From Eledone cirrhosa (lineage: Eukaryota), in contig OZ024740.1 in NCBI GenBank assembly GCA_964016885.1, positions 399,156,001-399,220,000 of the forward strand: 64,000 nucleotides of DNA, given 5' to 3'. Both the position numbers and the translations under genes were made by a program. Positions 25,455-37,449 of this stretch are shown here, piece after piece (position 1 is the first letter of the stretch; every line of letters begins with the position of its first letter). A model generated the notes under the pieces. The model made no database searches. It saw only the letters and a list, made by a program, of their open reading frames with translations, and was not told where the DNA came from.

Positions 25455-25845
25455 TGGATTGGCAGTATCAGTAGAGGGTTGGACGCCATGCTTTCCAGCA
25501 TAGTTACGTCCCTTTACGATCTGAGTTCAAATCCCGCCGAGGTTGACTTTGCCTTTCATCCTTACGGGGTCGATGAAATAAAGTACCAGTAATGCACTGA
25601 GTAATTGCTGGCCTTGTGCCTAAAGTAGAAACAATTATTTATTCAAAGTAAACGGTAGAGGGTCAGATGCCATGCTTTCCAGCATAGTTACGTCCCTTTA
25701 CGATCTGAGTTCAAATCCCGCCGAGGTTGACTTTACCTTTCATCCTTACGGGGTCGATAAAATAAAGTACCAGTAATGCACTGGGTAATTGCTGGCCTTG
25801 TGCCTAAAGTAGAAACAATTATTTATTCAAAGTAATCCAACTTAA
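25455..25845 (+). mobile_element. Tandemly duplicated SINE (2 copies)
   Basis: 25471-25650 and 25655-25834 are nearly identical, including the downstream flank atttattcaaagtaa. Confidence 0.88.
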
Positions 25846-26670
25846 TTTACTAAGGAGATACTTTATTATAGTTTAGATTATGATGGAAGGTTTTTAGATA
25901 AATATGTAGCAAAAGAAATGTTTTCCAGTTTTCTTCTCCCTTACAGACACAGCCACCAAGTAAGTGAGCTGCAACCTTGCAGAGAAGACAATAGATAAAT
26001 TCTCCTGATGGTAGGACTTACAGCACTAGTACTTGGAAGGAGAAAATGTTCTGTTATCTATAAAAAATAACTAGCTGTCATAAATAGGCTGTCCTGTGGT
26101 CCTAGACAACAAAGTTTACTGCCTCTTTGCTTGTATAACACAACCTCACCATATAAGAGTTTACTACTACCTCTGCTGGTACATACTGCCTGACTACAAC
26201 GTGTCACTTTTTAAGGGAACATCCCATGATAAACAAAGAGACCCTCACACAACACAGAAGCCTTGTTGAACACTATATTCATTTGTGAACACTATAATCA
26301 AACTTTATATTTACAATTCGAAGTAATCATATTTTTTTCCCTTTTTGCTGAAGTAAAGTAAAGATATATATTCAACCAGAATTGTTGGTATTTGTCATGT
26401 TTATCATTTCTTCTACAACAACCAAAACTTTGCTTCAAATATACCACTTTAAATCAATCAGCTTTGTATTGTAGAACTGGGAGTGGCTTGGTATCAGAAG
26501 GGTTAAAGTCTTGCTATTTCAGATGGCATGTCTGCATAATTCTTTTTTTCAGATGTTAATCCACATAATTGATTTCATTGCATTTTTAACAAAGAAATAT
26601 GTATAGTTATTTTTTTAATGTTATATAATTTTTCATGATGCAATCTTTGCTTCTTTTTTCATTGCATTAG

Positions 26671-26789
26671 ATGGAAGACCTGGATCAGTTGTCTGTAATT
26701 CATGTTGCTGGCACAAAAGGAAAGGGTTCAACCTGTGCTTATACCGAAAGTATTTTGCGAAACTGTGGATACAAGACTGGAATGTTCTG
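26671..26789 (+). CDS. FPGS: FPGS exon with P-loop ([39 protein letters not shown])
   Basis: tag|ATG...TG|gtaac, phase 0/2; [11 protein letters not shown] is the FolC/FPGS signature. Confidence 0.95.
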
Positions 26790-26967
26790 GTAACTTTTAC
26801 ATTAAACTTTTTTTTCCATGCAACCTGAATGTGATTATATTTCTCAATGAGAATATTGTTATACAGTGTGTAACTGATTTTTATGAAGAGATGCAGAAAT
26901 AAAATTATGTTAGAATAAAGTAATATGAACATTAGATTATAAGACTACATTTTGATACTGATATATA

Positions 26968-27800
26968 TCATCATCATCATCACGGTTTAACATCCATTTT
27001 TCTAAACTAGCATGAGTTAGATAATTGTCCAGATTGAACCAAACCAGAGCAAATGACTTTCTCCAGCTCATACAGGACTGATTTTGGTTTGGTTTCTATG
27101 GCTGGATGCCGTTCCTAACGTCAACCACATTTAGTGTGGACTGGGTGCTTATTGTTGTGACACCTACATGACCACTTTATAGTGTGGACACTGCCTTGCT
27201 ATTTTGAACATCTCACACTTTAGTCATCAGGCCACATTACATGTATACATTTTCTACTTTCTGCTTCCCTTCTTACAAAGTATACTGTTGCCTCGCCTCT
27301 CTTCTTGCCACTTGGTAGAGCTCTCTGCTACCTCCATTTTGCCACTCCTTCCATGCCTGTCTCTTGGCTGTAGGTGTTTCATCTACCCTACTATTCCACC
27401 ACCAAGCCACTCTTCTGCTCCCTGGACTTTTGCTCCGGCCACATACCTCATTTGTAGTCTTCACTAGATTATCTTTCAGGAACTTTGACTGCTTCTGTAT
27501 ATTGTATGTCGCTATTTCTTCTTCCTTATTGTCAAAAGCGTCAAATAAGATATCCTTAAATTTGTTACAAGCTGAGGGTTTCTTCAATTTCTGTATCCTT
27601 TTCCTCCAGGTTGCCCTCTGTCTCTGAGTTTGTCTAGCTCTAATTAGTAAGTCACTACTACTAGGTTATGCTGAGAGGTGCATTCCTCACCCGGGAGGGG
27701 TTTTGTGTTTATGACCATCGTCCTATCTTGCTTTCTGGTGAGAATGAAATCTATTTGACTGGTGTGCTCACCGGATCTATAAGTGATCAAATGATTGTCA
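26968..27800 (-). mobile_element. Degraded RTE fragments (3' UTR and linker region)
   Basis: VAWWWNS and NTKPLPGEECTSQH motifs; (GAT)n tail at ~26968. Confidence 0.8.
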
Positions 27801-28086
27801 GGTTTTTTAAAATGTATACATATATACATCTGGAACCAAAGATCAGTCAGTTCTAATGATTGTAAATTGTTGTTGGGAATATTGATAAAGAAACCTGATG
27901 TAAATCTAATATATATCTTGTTGATTCTATAGCTCTATCTTTCTATGCTCCATTACTGCCTTTCTTTCTCTTTCTTTTCCTCACTACTCTCTCTCTTGCC
28001 CCCCCCCCCCTCTCTTGCCTTCTACAAATAATTTTTTATACTTTAATACAAGATCAGGACACACTTTGAAATTAATTACATTGACT

Positions 28087-30324
28087 CATCATCATCATCA
28101 TCACCGTTTTACGTCCGTTCTTCCACGCTAGCATGGGTTAGACGGGTTGTCCTGTTGTGGGCAGTGTCTGGTCGGCTGACCATGCCTTGCTCATACAGGA
28201 ACTAATTTGGCTTGATTTCTACAGCTGGATGCCCTTCCTAACACCAACCTCATTTACAGTGAGTGCTGGGTGCTTTTTCGTGGCGCCTACACGTCTACTT
28301 TACAGTGTGGGCTGGGTGCTTTCGTGCCGTGGCACCTCCACGACCACCTTGCGGTGGGGGGTGTGGGGGCATATTGTCTATATGCTTCAGCTTGTACCCA
28401 TGGGAGGTTGGGTACTCTGTATTACTGCGTGACGCCAGAGGTCACGGTCGTGTGTCATTGCCTTTGAGAGGTGTAATTGGGTAAGGTCGGCTTTTATCAC
28501 CTCATCCCAGGTCATCTTGGGTCTCCCCACTCCGCGGTTTCCATCAACTTCTAGTGCTCTGCACCTTTTTATGCAGCTGTCATCCTTCATACGCATCACA
28601 TGTCCATACCAGCGCAACTGCCTCTCCTCCACACAGCATTTGATTCCTCTTATGCGCAGTCTCTCTCTCAATTCATTTATGCTTTGTCGTTCACGTATAT
28701 TACTGTTACACATCCATCGGAGCATGCAGGATTCGTTTCTCTCTAATCTACGTAAGTCTTCCACCTTCAGCGCCCAGGTCTCACTACCATGCAACATTGC
28801 TGTTCGGATACACGCATCATACAGTCTGCCTTTCATTCTGAGGGAGAAGCCTTTTGCAGCTAGCAGTGGTAGTAGTTCCCTAAACTTCTTCCATCCCATT
28901 CTTACCCTAGTTATTGTACTTTCTGAACACCCACCTCCGCTGCTAATTCGGTCACCTAGGTAGCAGAAGCTGTCTACTGTTTCTACAGAGCCCTCCCAGA
29001 GATTGGTGGTACTTGTTTCCTGTGGCTGTTTGCTGCTTGCTGTCTCAGCACAACTGCTGCATGTGAATCCTACATTCTTAATTAAGCTTCCTGAGATCCC
29101 GCTAGATCTCTTGTGTACCCATTGTTTGCATTTGGGGCAGAGAATGGAGTTCCTACCTACACCTTTCCTACATACTGAGCAAGGCCATTTCCCTGAGGGG
29201 ATCTGGGTTCTGTTTTCTCGTCTACTTACAAAGACCTTAGTCTTTGTCATGTTGACTTTGAGACCCTTTCTTTCTAGTCCCTGCTTCCAAGTTTGGAATT
29301 TATTCTCTAGTTCTACCATAGATTCAGCTATGAGTGCGAGGTCATCAGCATACAGGAGTTCCCATGGGCATCCGGTCTTAAACTCCTCCGTTATTGCCTG
29401 CAGGACTATGATGAACAGGAGGGGGCTAAGAACAGAGCCCTGGTGGACCCCAACCTGTACACTAAATTCCTCGCTATACTCATTGCTAATCCTAACTTTG
29501 CTGACTGTTCCCCTATACATGGCTTGTACCGCTTTCACAAGCCATTCATCTACTCCTAGTTTTCTAAGAGCCCACCAGATTACAGCACGTGGAACTCTGT
29601 CAAAGGCTTTCTCAAGGTCGACAAATGCCAAGTAGAGTGGCTTACTTTTAGCTAGGTACTTTTCCTGTAATTGCCTCACAAGGAAGAGGGCATCAGTGGT
29701 GCCTCTTCCTGGTACAAACCCAAATTGCATCTCGTCTATTTCCACCTGGTCCCTAATCAACTGTGCTATAACTCTTTCTGTTACTTTCATGACCTGGTCC
29801 ATCAACTTTATACCTCTATAGTTTCCTCTATCTAGTGCATCGCCTTTACCTTTGTAGCAGTTGACAATGATGCTACTGCACCAATCTTTTGGTATGACAC
29901 CTTCTAGTATTACCTGGTTAACAATACGTGTGGTTATAGTGTGACCTACAGACCCAGATGCCTTCAGCATCTCGGCAGCTATACCCGATGGACCGGTTGC
30001 CTTCCCCATCTTCATATCTTTGATTGCCTTACTTACTACGTTGCTGCTGACTTGTACTGCTGGTCCCTCTATAGGGTCTACTTGGGGTAGGGTCTCTTCT
30101 TCCCATGCATTCTCCTCATTTAGTAATCTATCATAATGACTCTTCCATGCATCTTTCTTCTCAGCACTTGTGAGGGCAAGCTCACCTATATCATTCCGGA
30201 TACACTTCTCTCCAATGACATCACAACTATCTCTAACACGCTGCCTCGCAATCTTGAATACCTCCTGTTTCTGGTCCTCACGTTGCAAAACATGCTTGAA
30301 TTTTCTATCCTCTGCTTCCCTCCT
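28087..30324 (-). mobile_element. Young RTE-clade LINE, 5'-truncated, with uninterrupted RT ORF
   Basis: ORF 28387-30288 (633 aa) with a complete RT (GVHQGSVLSP, YADD), PHD-like finger and RLRWYGHV C-terminus; (GAT)n tail. Confidence 0.96.
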
Positions 30325-30860
30325 CGAGTATATTACTGGTATTTATTTCACTGACAATACAGAGAGAGAAATGGTAAGGAAAGTAAGTGAGAGAGAGGGG
30401 GCAGCAAGCTGAAAGGGAAATTTTTGAGTTCAAATCCTAAACAGGATCCAATTTGCTTTTTATGCCTCCTGGGGTCGATATAATCAACTATACCTTCTCA
30501 CCACAATTCTCATAGAGTGGGGTTGTGGATAGTCAGAGTTGTAGAGCATCAGACAAATGTTTAGTAGTTTAGTATTTCCAATTCTTTATGTTTTGAGTTC
30601 AAATCCCATCCAGGTCAACTTTGTCTTTCGTCCTCCTTATGGCCGATAATATAAAATACCAACCAAGAACTAGGGATCGTTATAATCAATCAACTTGCCC
30701 GTCTCCTAAAATTGCTGACCTCGTGCCAAAATTAGAAAGTACTATACTCATACAGCCCTATCTCTCGGTCTTGGAACAAAATGAAAGCTTTTATTCGTAG
30801 AAATAAATGATTGTGACTAATACAACAGTTGTCTCCCTTAAACGTTTAAATCTAAAGCAA

Positions 30861-30908
30861 CTGCAGAATAAATTCACAAAATATATATTTTGTGAATTTA
30901 TTCTGCAG
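30861..30908. repeat. Perfect 48-bp palindrome
   Basis: ctgcagaataaattcacaaaatat|atattttgtgaatttattctgcag. Confidence 0.95.
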
Positions 30909-31814
30909 GACAGGGTTATCTTTAATATTTCTCTGAAATAATGTTAGATAATGCCGATGTATCCCAGAGTTGTCCATCTCCCTCCTCCACCGCCTTTACA
31001 AATCCGTGGATTTGTGTTCATCTAAGAATATGTTATAAAAGAAAGGACAAACAATAGACATTTTTAGCTGCTTTGTTGCTGCCCTTGTTTTTACTCTTTA
31101 ACAAAATCTTATTTGTGTTTTTGTTGCCTCAAGTTGGCCTTCCTTTTTTTTTCTTCATCCCTCTGTCTCTCTTTTGATTTTGTTTCTTAGCTGTAGGGGG
31201 TACACCTCACCTTGTCTGTCATAGCTTACTGTATGCATTGTTGTTAATGATATTGAAGTGTGCCAAAACTGTCCTGGGATATTCCATGTATGTCAAAGAA
31301 TGTATTGGTACATTTTAGTTTAGTTTGTGAAGCACAGGACTAGACAGAGTAAATTAAAAAAATATTTGATTAAAATATTTAATTCATTTTATTTTAAACA
31401 ATGTTTTGGAAAATACCAAAATAAATCTGTAATCCCTGCCCCGAAGAAGTAAAATACAAAAAATAGCTCTGACTTTCAAAGAACTAATGAAATCCCTCAC
31501 CCAATAGTAAAAAAATGGCGTTTATTCATATGATTGATAATTTCAGGATGAATTTAATTATGTTTAATATTATATAATTTGAAAATGTGAACATCCCAAA
31601 TGCATAAAATTACTGTGATAGCAAATAATAGATATAGAATAATAGAATAACTATAGATAATAATTGAGAAAATTGGGTAAATAACCCTTAAAAACAGAAA
31701 AAAAGCAACAAATTGAATCTTACATCTCACAAAGACCATATAATCATGTCAACCATTTTGCTAAGGTTCTACTTCCATCTTTTTACGATGCTCTATAGCT
31801 TGAAGCTAGAATGT

Positions 31815-32290
31815 ACAGGGCTGCTCAGTTCTTTGAGGATGTGTCTTTTAATAATTCTAACTTTTTTCTAAGTTGTTCTGATTATCATTTCTTTTCAGAT
31901 AAATGATGACAAACATCAAGCAAACTCAACAAATGAAAAGGCACACTGTAATCGTTGCCTTAAAGGCGGAGCATAGTGATTTAGGGATTGCTCACTTCCT
32001 GAAAGTTGTACGGTCCTTTGTTGTCAAAGTTCACAAAGAGCTGGAAGTTGCTGACTGATTCTACCTCAGTAACCAAATATAAAATACCTGCTAATAGTCC
32101 TAATACCAAAAGGTGCAAAAGAATTATTGATAAGAACCCAAGAAAGTCAATTAACGTTATTGCTAAGGAGCTCAAGGTTTCAAGGCACACTATTGGAAAA
32201 ATTGTGTATGAGGACATTTGATACATGTCATATGTGGCAAGGCCAATTTTTGTCGGCAAAGACAAAAAATAACTGTCTGTTTGAAATTTG
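31815..32290 (+). mobile_element. Tc1/mariner-superfamily transposase remnant (N-terminal HTH)
   Basis: QMKRHTVIVALKAEHSDLGIAHFLKV...KEL and IIDKNPRKSINVIAKELKVSRHTIGKIVYEDI; TA-CAGGG at 31815 may be a TIR start. Confidence 0.65.
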
Positions 32291-32728
32291 AAAATGTGAG
32301 TGTCCCAAGCATAGAAAACGACTGTAACAACAATTGATCACTATAGGTAGTAGTTAAGAAAATTGGGTAAACTACTCTTAGAGAAAGAAAAGAAGTGGAC
32401 AGACATGCCTGCAAGGAATTAAACCTTGTATCTCTTGAATACTTTATTTTGTGAGTTGATAACCATTATTATTTATAGTAGAGTGTCAGAGAATACCTTC
32501 ACAGTGTGAGTTCTAGTTGTTTACATTCTGAGTTCAAATCACGACAAGGTCAACTTTGCTTTTTGTTCTCCCAGAGTCAATAAAATAAGGACCACTCAAG
32601 TACTGAGATCAATATAATCGCACAACCCCTCTCCCCAAATTGCTGGCCTTATGTCTAAATTAGCAAGCACTATTTATGTAACCTTCAATACTAATCTAAT
32701 TTCTCTTTTGGATAATTTAAAATTTCAG

Positions 32729-32843
32729 TTCACCACACTTGATTGATGTAAGAGAAAGGATACAAATCAATGGTCTACTTCTTTCAAAAGCAACATTTTC
32801 CAGATACTTTTTTGAAGTATATGATCCCCTGTTTAAATCAATG
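32729..32843 (+). CDS. FPGS: FPGS exon (C-SPHLIDVRERIQINGLLLSKATFSRYFFEVYDPLFKSM)
   Basis: cag|T TCA CCA CAC...ATG|gtgatg, phase 2/0; SPHL..VRERI.ING motif. Confidence 0.95.
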
Positions 32844-33479
32844 GTGATGTACTTTTTCTTTCTATTATGAAATCCTGATAAATTAATTGTCACTACTGCA
32901 ATTGTAGTTGTATAAATTTACCCCCTCCCAAGCTAATCCTGATTTAGTAAAATTATGATCAAATACATTCCAGCACCCTGCTTTCAGGGTATTGCATATC
33001 CAGTTATCTAGGTGAAGGATGGAGTGTTATGATGTGGGAGGTGTATAGAATTGGGTAATTGGATTTGGTACGCTTTTGTATATTTTGGTACTTTTTAAAC
33101 AAAGATTTTGGTATTATTGAGAAAAAAGTTTTGGCAGCCCTGCTGAAGAGTCTTATTGCCAGCCACTTTACAGAATGTACTGGGCATATTTTATCATGTC
33201 ACTAACACTAGAGAGGTTGTATCCTTGGCACACTAAAGAGTCGTCTCTAACCTTTGGCAAATTATTTACAACATCATGCCCTTCCCATCACCAACCACTC
33301 TACAAGGTGTACTAGTTGCATTCTATCATGTCAAACACTAGAGAGGTTGTTGTGCACTTGAAATATGAAGAGTTCTTTCAACACTTTTTGGCATGATTTC
33401 TATAACTGGATGCCCTTCCTGTCACCAAGCACCTCACAAGGTGTACTGCGTGCATTTTATTGTGTCTATGTTAGAAACA

Positions 33480-33955
33480 ATTCATCATCATCATTATTAT
33501 TTTATGTCTGCTTACATGGGTTGGATGAGTCTTATTGAACACAGCTTTCTTCCATTGGTCATGTCCCTTCATCATCTCTTCTGTGAAGTTCAACATCCTG
33601 AGATTCACTCACACCACTTCTGCCTACATTTTCCTTCTTCTGGAGCATTTCTTTACTCTAAGATCATCATCTGTATACACTATGTGTCTGTAGCAGTGTA
33701 ATTTGATCTCTTGCATGCAGCCTTATATACAATTTTTCCTTCAACTTATCTGTTTCATTGTTCGTGTACATTAACATTAGGTATCTAGTGGAGCATGCTA
33801 CCTTCATTTCTTTCTAACCTTTGCACATCCTCTGCATCACACTTCATACAGAATTATCATATTATTTACCCTTTACTTGAAGGGAAAAATCCCTTTGTTG
33901 CTAGCAGTAGTAGTAACTCCTTGAACATTTTCCTCTCCATTTTTAATCTAGTTAC
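33480..33955 (-). mobile_element. Highly degraded RTE 3' fragment
   Basis: Remnant of the ELLLLATKGF region and a (GAT)n tail. Confidence 0.6.
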
Positions 33956-33988
33956 TATGCTTTATTATTGTATTTCTTTTTTTTATAG

Positions 33989-34234
33989 CAAAGTGGAGTA
34001 ATCAGTGAGATGCCTCATTATTTTCGATTCTTCACTTTAATGGCATTATATATATTCCTGAAAGAAGCAGTTGATGTTGCTATATTAGAAGTTGGTATTG
34101 GAGGCATGTATGACTGTACAAATATTATAAACACAGCTGTGGTGTGTGGCATCACTCTACTTGATTTTGACCATGAGAACATGTTGGGATCAACTCTTGA
34201 TAGCATTGCTTGGCAGAAAGCAGGAATTTTCAAG
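33989..34234 (+). CDS. FPGS: FPGS exon (QSGVISEMPHYFRFFTLMA...EVGIGGMYDCTNII...DH...IAWQKAGIFK)
   Basis: tag|CAA...AAG|gtatga, 246 nt, phase 0/0; EVGIGG.YDCTN and IAWQK.GIFK signatures. Confidence 0.97.
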
Positions 34235-34789
34235 GTATGATGTGTTAATTAAAAAAAAAATTAATATTTTTGATTTTGATATAAAAATGTTATGTATAAC
34301 TAGGATATAGCGATGTAATGGATGTTTGGCGAATTTACAGGGTGTTTAAAACATTGGATTCTGAATTCAAATCCTGCTGTGGTCAACTTTGCCTTTTATC
34401 CTCTTGGCGTTGATAAATACCAAACCAGGTTTTTGTATTGGTGGAATAGTTAGTGTAAGACAGGATGCCTTGTTCCAACTCTGTGAATTCTGAGTTCAAA
34501 TCTTGCCTCCTGTTACCAGAAAAATGATAACATTATATGACTGGGACCTCTATCATTAAAACTCCCAAGAAACTTCTACAAAATACAACCTCATAGAAGG
34601 CCTGCAGGGGTAAGCTGTAACACCACCTTCAACAACAATGTAACTGTGTATGTATAGCTAGGATATGATATAGAGATGTAATATGTATGTGTATTAATAA
34701 GGTATAGCGATGTAATGTATGTGTGTGTGTGCATATATATAACTAGGATAATAATAATGAAATTATTGTGTACAGTGCTCAGGAGCACT

Positions 34790-36600
34790 ACAACTCATCA
34801 AAGGTGCATGTATTGTACATAGAATGACGTACAAATGTCAGAAAAGTGAACAGTGTATGAGTCATGATATACATGTGTGCGTGTGTATGGAGGGGGAATA
34901 TCAGGTGTAGTGTTGGCGAATTTCAGGAAGCATGGAAGTTTTCGACAGCTAGCAACTGTGTTCCATGCTTCAGCAACTCTGAGTGTGAAAAAATGTTTCC
35001 GAAAGTCATGGGAGCTGTGCTGTTTTCTGACTTTGTGGGCATGCCCACGTGTGTTAGACACATGGAATTCAAAAAGGTGCTCAAGGTTGTTTTTGGCAAG
35101 ATGGTTAATAATTTTGTGGGTGTTTACCAAGTCAGTTGCCAGACGTCGGAGCTTCAATGTATCCATGCCCAGGGAAGCAAGACATTCAGAGTATGGTAAA
35201 TGCCTGATGGAGGGTATTCGCTTGGTTGCACATCTCGGAACAGTTTCCAGGAGGTCAATATTCTGAGCAAGATGGGGGTTCCAGACTGGTGATGCAAATT
35301 CTAAGTGTGGCCGCACCATAGCTATATACAGCTTTAAATAGATAGCTGGAGAGCGGCTGACAAAGGTATTGTTGGGTGATGCCAAGACACCCTCGGCCTT
35401 CTTGACAATTTTAGAGATGTGCTTTGTCCAATGCAAATTGTTGCTGACCGTAATGCCAAGGTCACGTTTACAAGAAGACTTCTTGAGATTAGTGTTGTGG
35501 AGGGAGTATGTGGATGCTGGGTTTTTCCTCCGAAAATGCATTGTGGCACACTTGTCCACAGCCAGCTTGAGTTGCCAGTCTGTGATCCATTGCTGCATTG
35601 AGTCCAGGTCTAATTGCAGGAAAGATCTGTAGTGTTCAGGATCTGTCCTTTTTATCTCTTGATGTCATCTGCATATTTCAGCACTGAGGCATTCTTTAAG
35701 TTGGTATCTATGTCAAAAGGGGACCGAGAACAGATCCCTGCAGTACACCAGATTACATCTCATAGGGTGAAGAATGCTGTCCTAGAACTGTGACTACCTC
35801 CCTTCGACTGAGAATGAAGGACTTCAATCAGTTAAAAAGACCATCCTTCACACCCATTGCAGAGAGTTTTGCCACAAGTCTGTTGTGTGGCACAGGATTA
35901 AAAGTTTTAGCAAAGTCAAGTTAAACAACATCCACCCATGAGCTGCCACCAGTGATCCGGGTAATGTCTTCAGAAACTCACAGCAGCTGGAATTAGGGAT
36001 AAATCCAAATTACGAGAGCTGGATAAGGCTGTGAGAATTCCAGAAGTTCGAGAGTGTTTCTCTGACACAGGATTCCATCAGTTTGGCAATGTAGCTAGTA
36101 AGACTGACTGGATGATAGTTGACAGGCAATGTGTGGTCACTCTTTTTGAACAGAGGAATGACACTGGCAGTTTTCCACTGCTACAGAGTAACACCGTTGT
36201 TAAGACAGAATTGAAAGAAGAGTGAAAGCTGGTGCAGAAGAAAGTACCCACCACATTTGAAAGCAGGTACGTAACACCATCAAGGCCAGGAGAGGCATAG
36301 TTGTGCTTATTCTTAAGGTGATATGGCAGCATTGCAGGTGTAAATTCCATTGTTGTTATAGAATCTGATGTCAGCTGTGGTGGAGATGTTATGTTTTAGT
36401 TTGCAACAGTAAAAATGCCTGCATAGCATTCAGCAATGAGTTCTGTCAGTAATCTGGTTTGTGTGGAGATTGTGAAGAGGACCAACTGGAGAGTGGCTCT
36501 CTGCTTTGAATGTACATATTTCCACAACACTTTACTGTCATGGTTGTTTGCTATGTGTTGTTCAGATTCAAGCACTGCCTTTTAGATTTGTCACCTGCTT
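34790..36600 (-). mobile_element. Decayed CR1-group LINE
   Basis: ORF 34798-35598 (WQLKLAVDKC, RDLGI, VRPHLEFASPVWNP, NTRGH); KYADDI at ~35661-35678; GVLQGSVLGP; SPGLDGV at ~36290. Confidence 0.88.
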
Positions 36601-36739
36601 GAGATTGAGATATTTATGTATAACTAAAATAAAGTGATGTAATTGTTTGTGTATAATTAGGATACAAAGATGTATTATGTGTGCATATATAATTAAGATA
36701 TACAGATGTAATGTATCAATGTATAACTAGAACATAATT

Positions 36740-37058
36740 GGCACTCCATTGGTTATGATGAGTGTTCCAAGTGATTCGATCAATGGAACAGCCTGTTAGT
36801 GAAATTAACTGCAAGTAGCCTAGAATTCCACGGACATGTGTACCTTTAACGTAGTGCTCAGGGAGATTCAGCATGACACAGAATATGTCAAGACTGGCCC
36901 TTCGAATTACAGGTACAAATCGTTTTTGTTAGTTGAGTGGATTGGAGCAACATGAAATAAAATGTCTTGTTGAAGGACACATGCGCCACTGGGAATCGAA
37001 CTCTCAACCATATGATTGTGAGCCAAATACCCTAACCACAAAGTTAGGCATCTTCACA
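36740..37058 (-). mobile_element. tRNA-derived SINE
   Basis: The - strand has an A-box-like gtggttagg, B-box gagttcgattccc and a core shared with the 20115, 52180 and 55745 copies. Confidence 0.8.
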
Positions 37059-37449
37059 ACTAGAATATAGTTATGTAATATCTGTGTCTGCGTGTAACTA
37101 TGATATCTATAAGATATCAGTTTTATATAATGTAAGTTATTCTATTTATTGTATTCTAAAATGGAATACCATATTTACTGGTCTATTTATCCTTCTTTTT
37201 TTATTTAAAGATTTTTTCTGTTTGATATATATATTTTGTCTATTATTATAGAGTTAATGAGGTGTAAGATACATGTCTTTTGATGACATGTATTTTTTTC
37301 CTTTTTTCAAATATACACCTAACTGTACCAATGATCTCATGCATTTTCCAAAATATATACATATATACATATATATATATAGTAATAATAATAAATTCTT
37401 TGCTTAAACTTTAATCTGTTATTTTAATAAATATATATATATATATATA

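Noticed and set aside
28517-29635. Long + strand ORFs (148 and 210 aa)
   Set aside because: Antisense shadows of the RTE RT ORF, repeated at each RTE copy.
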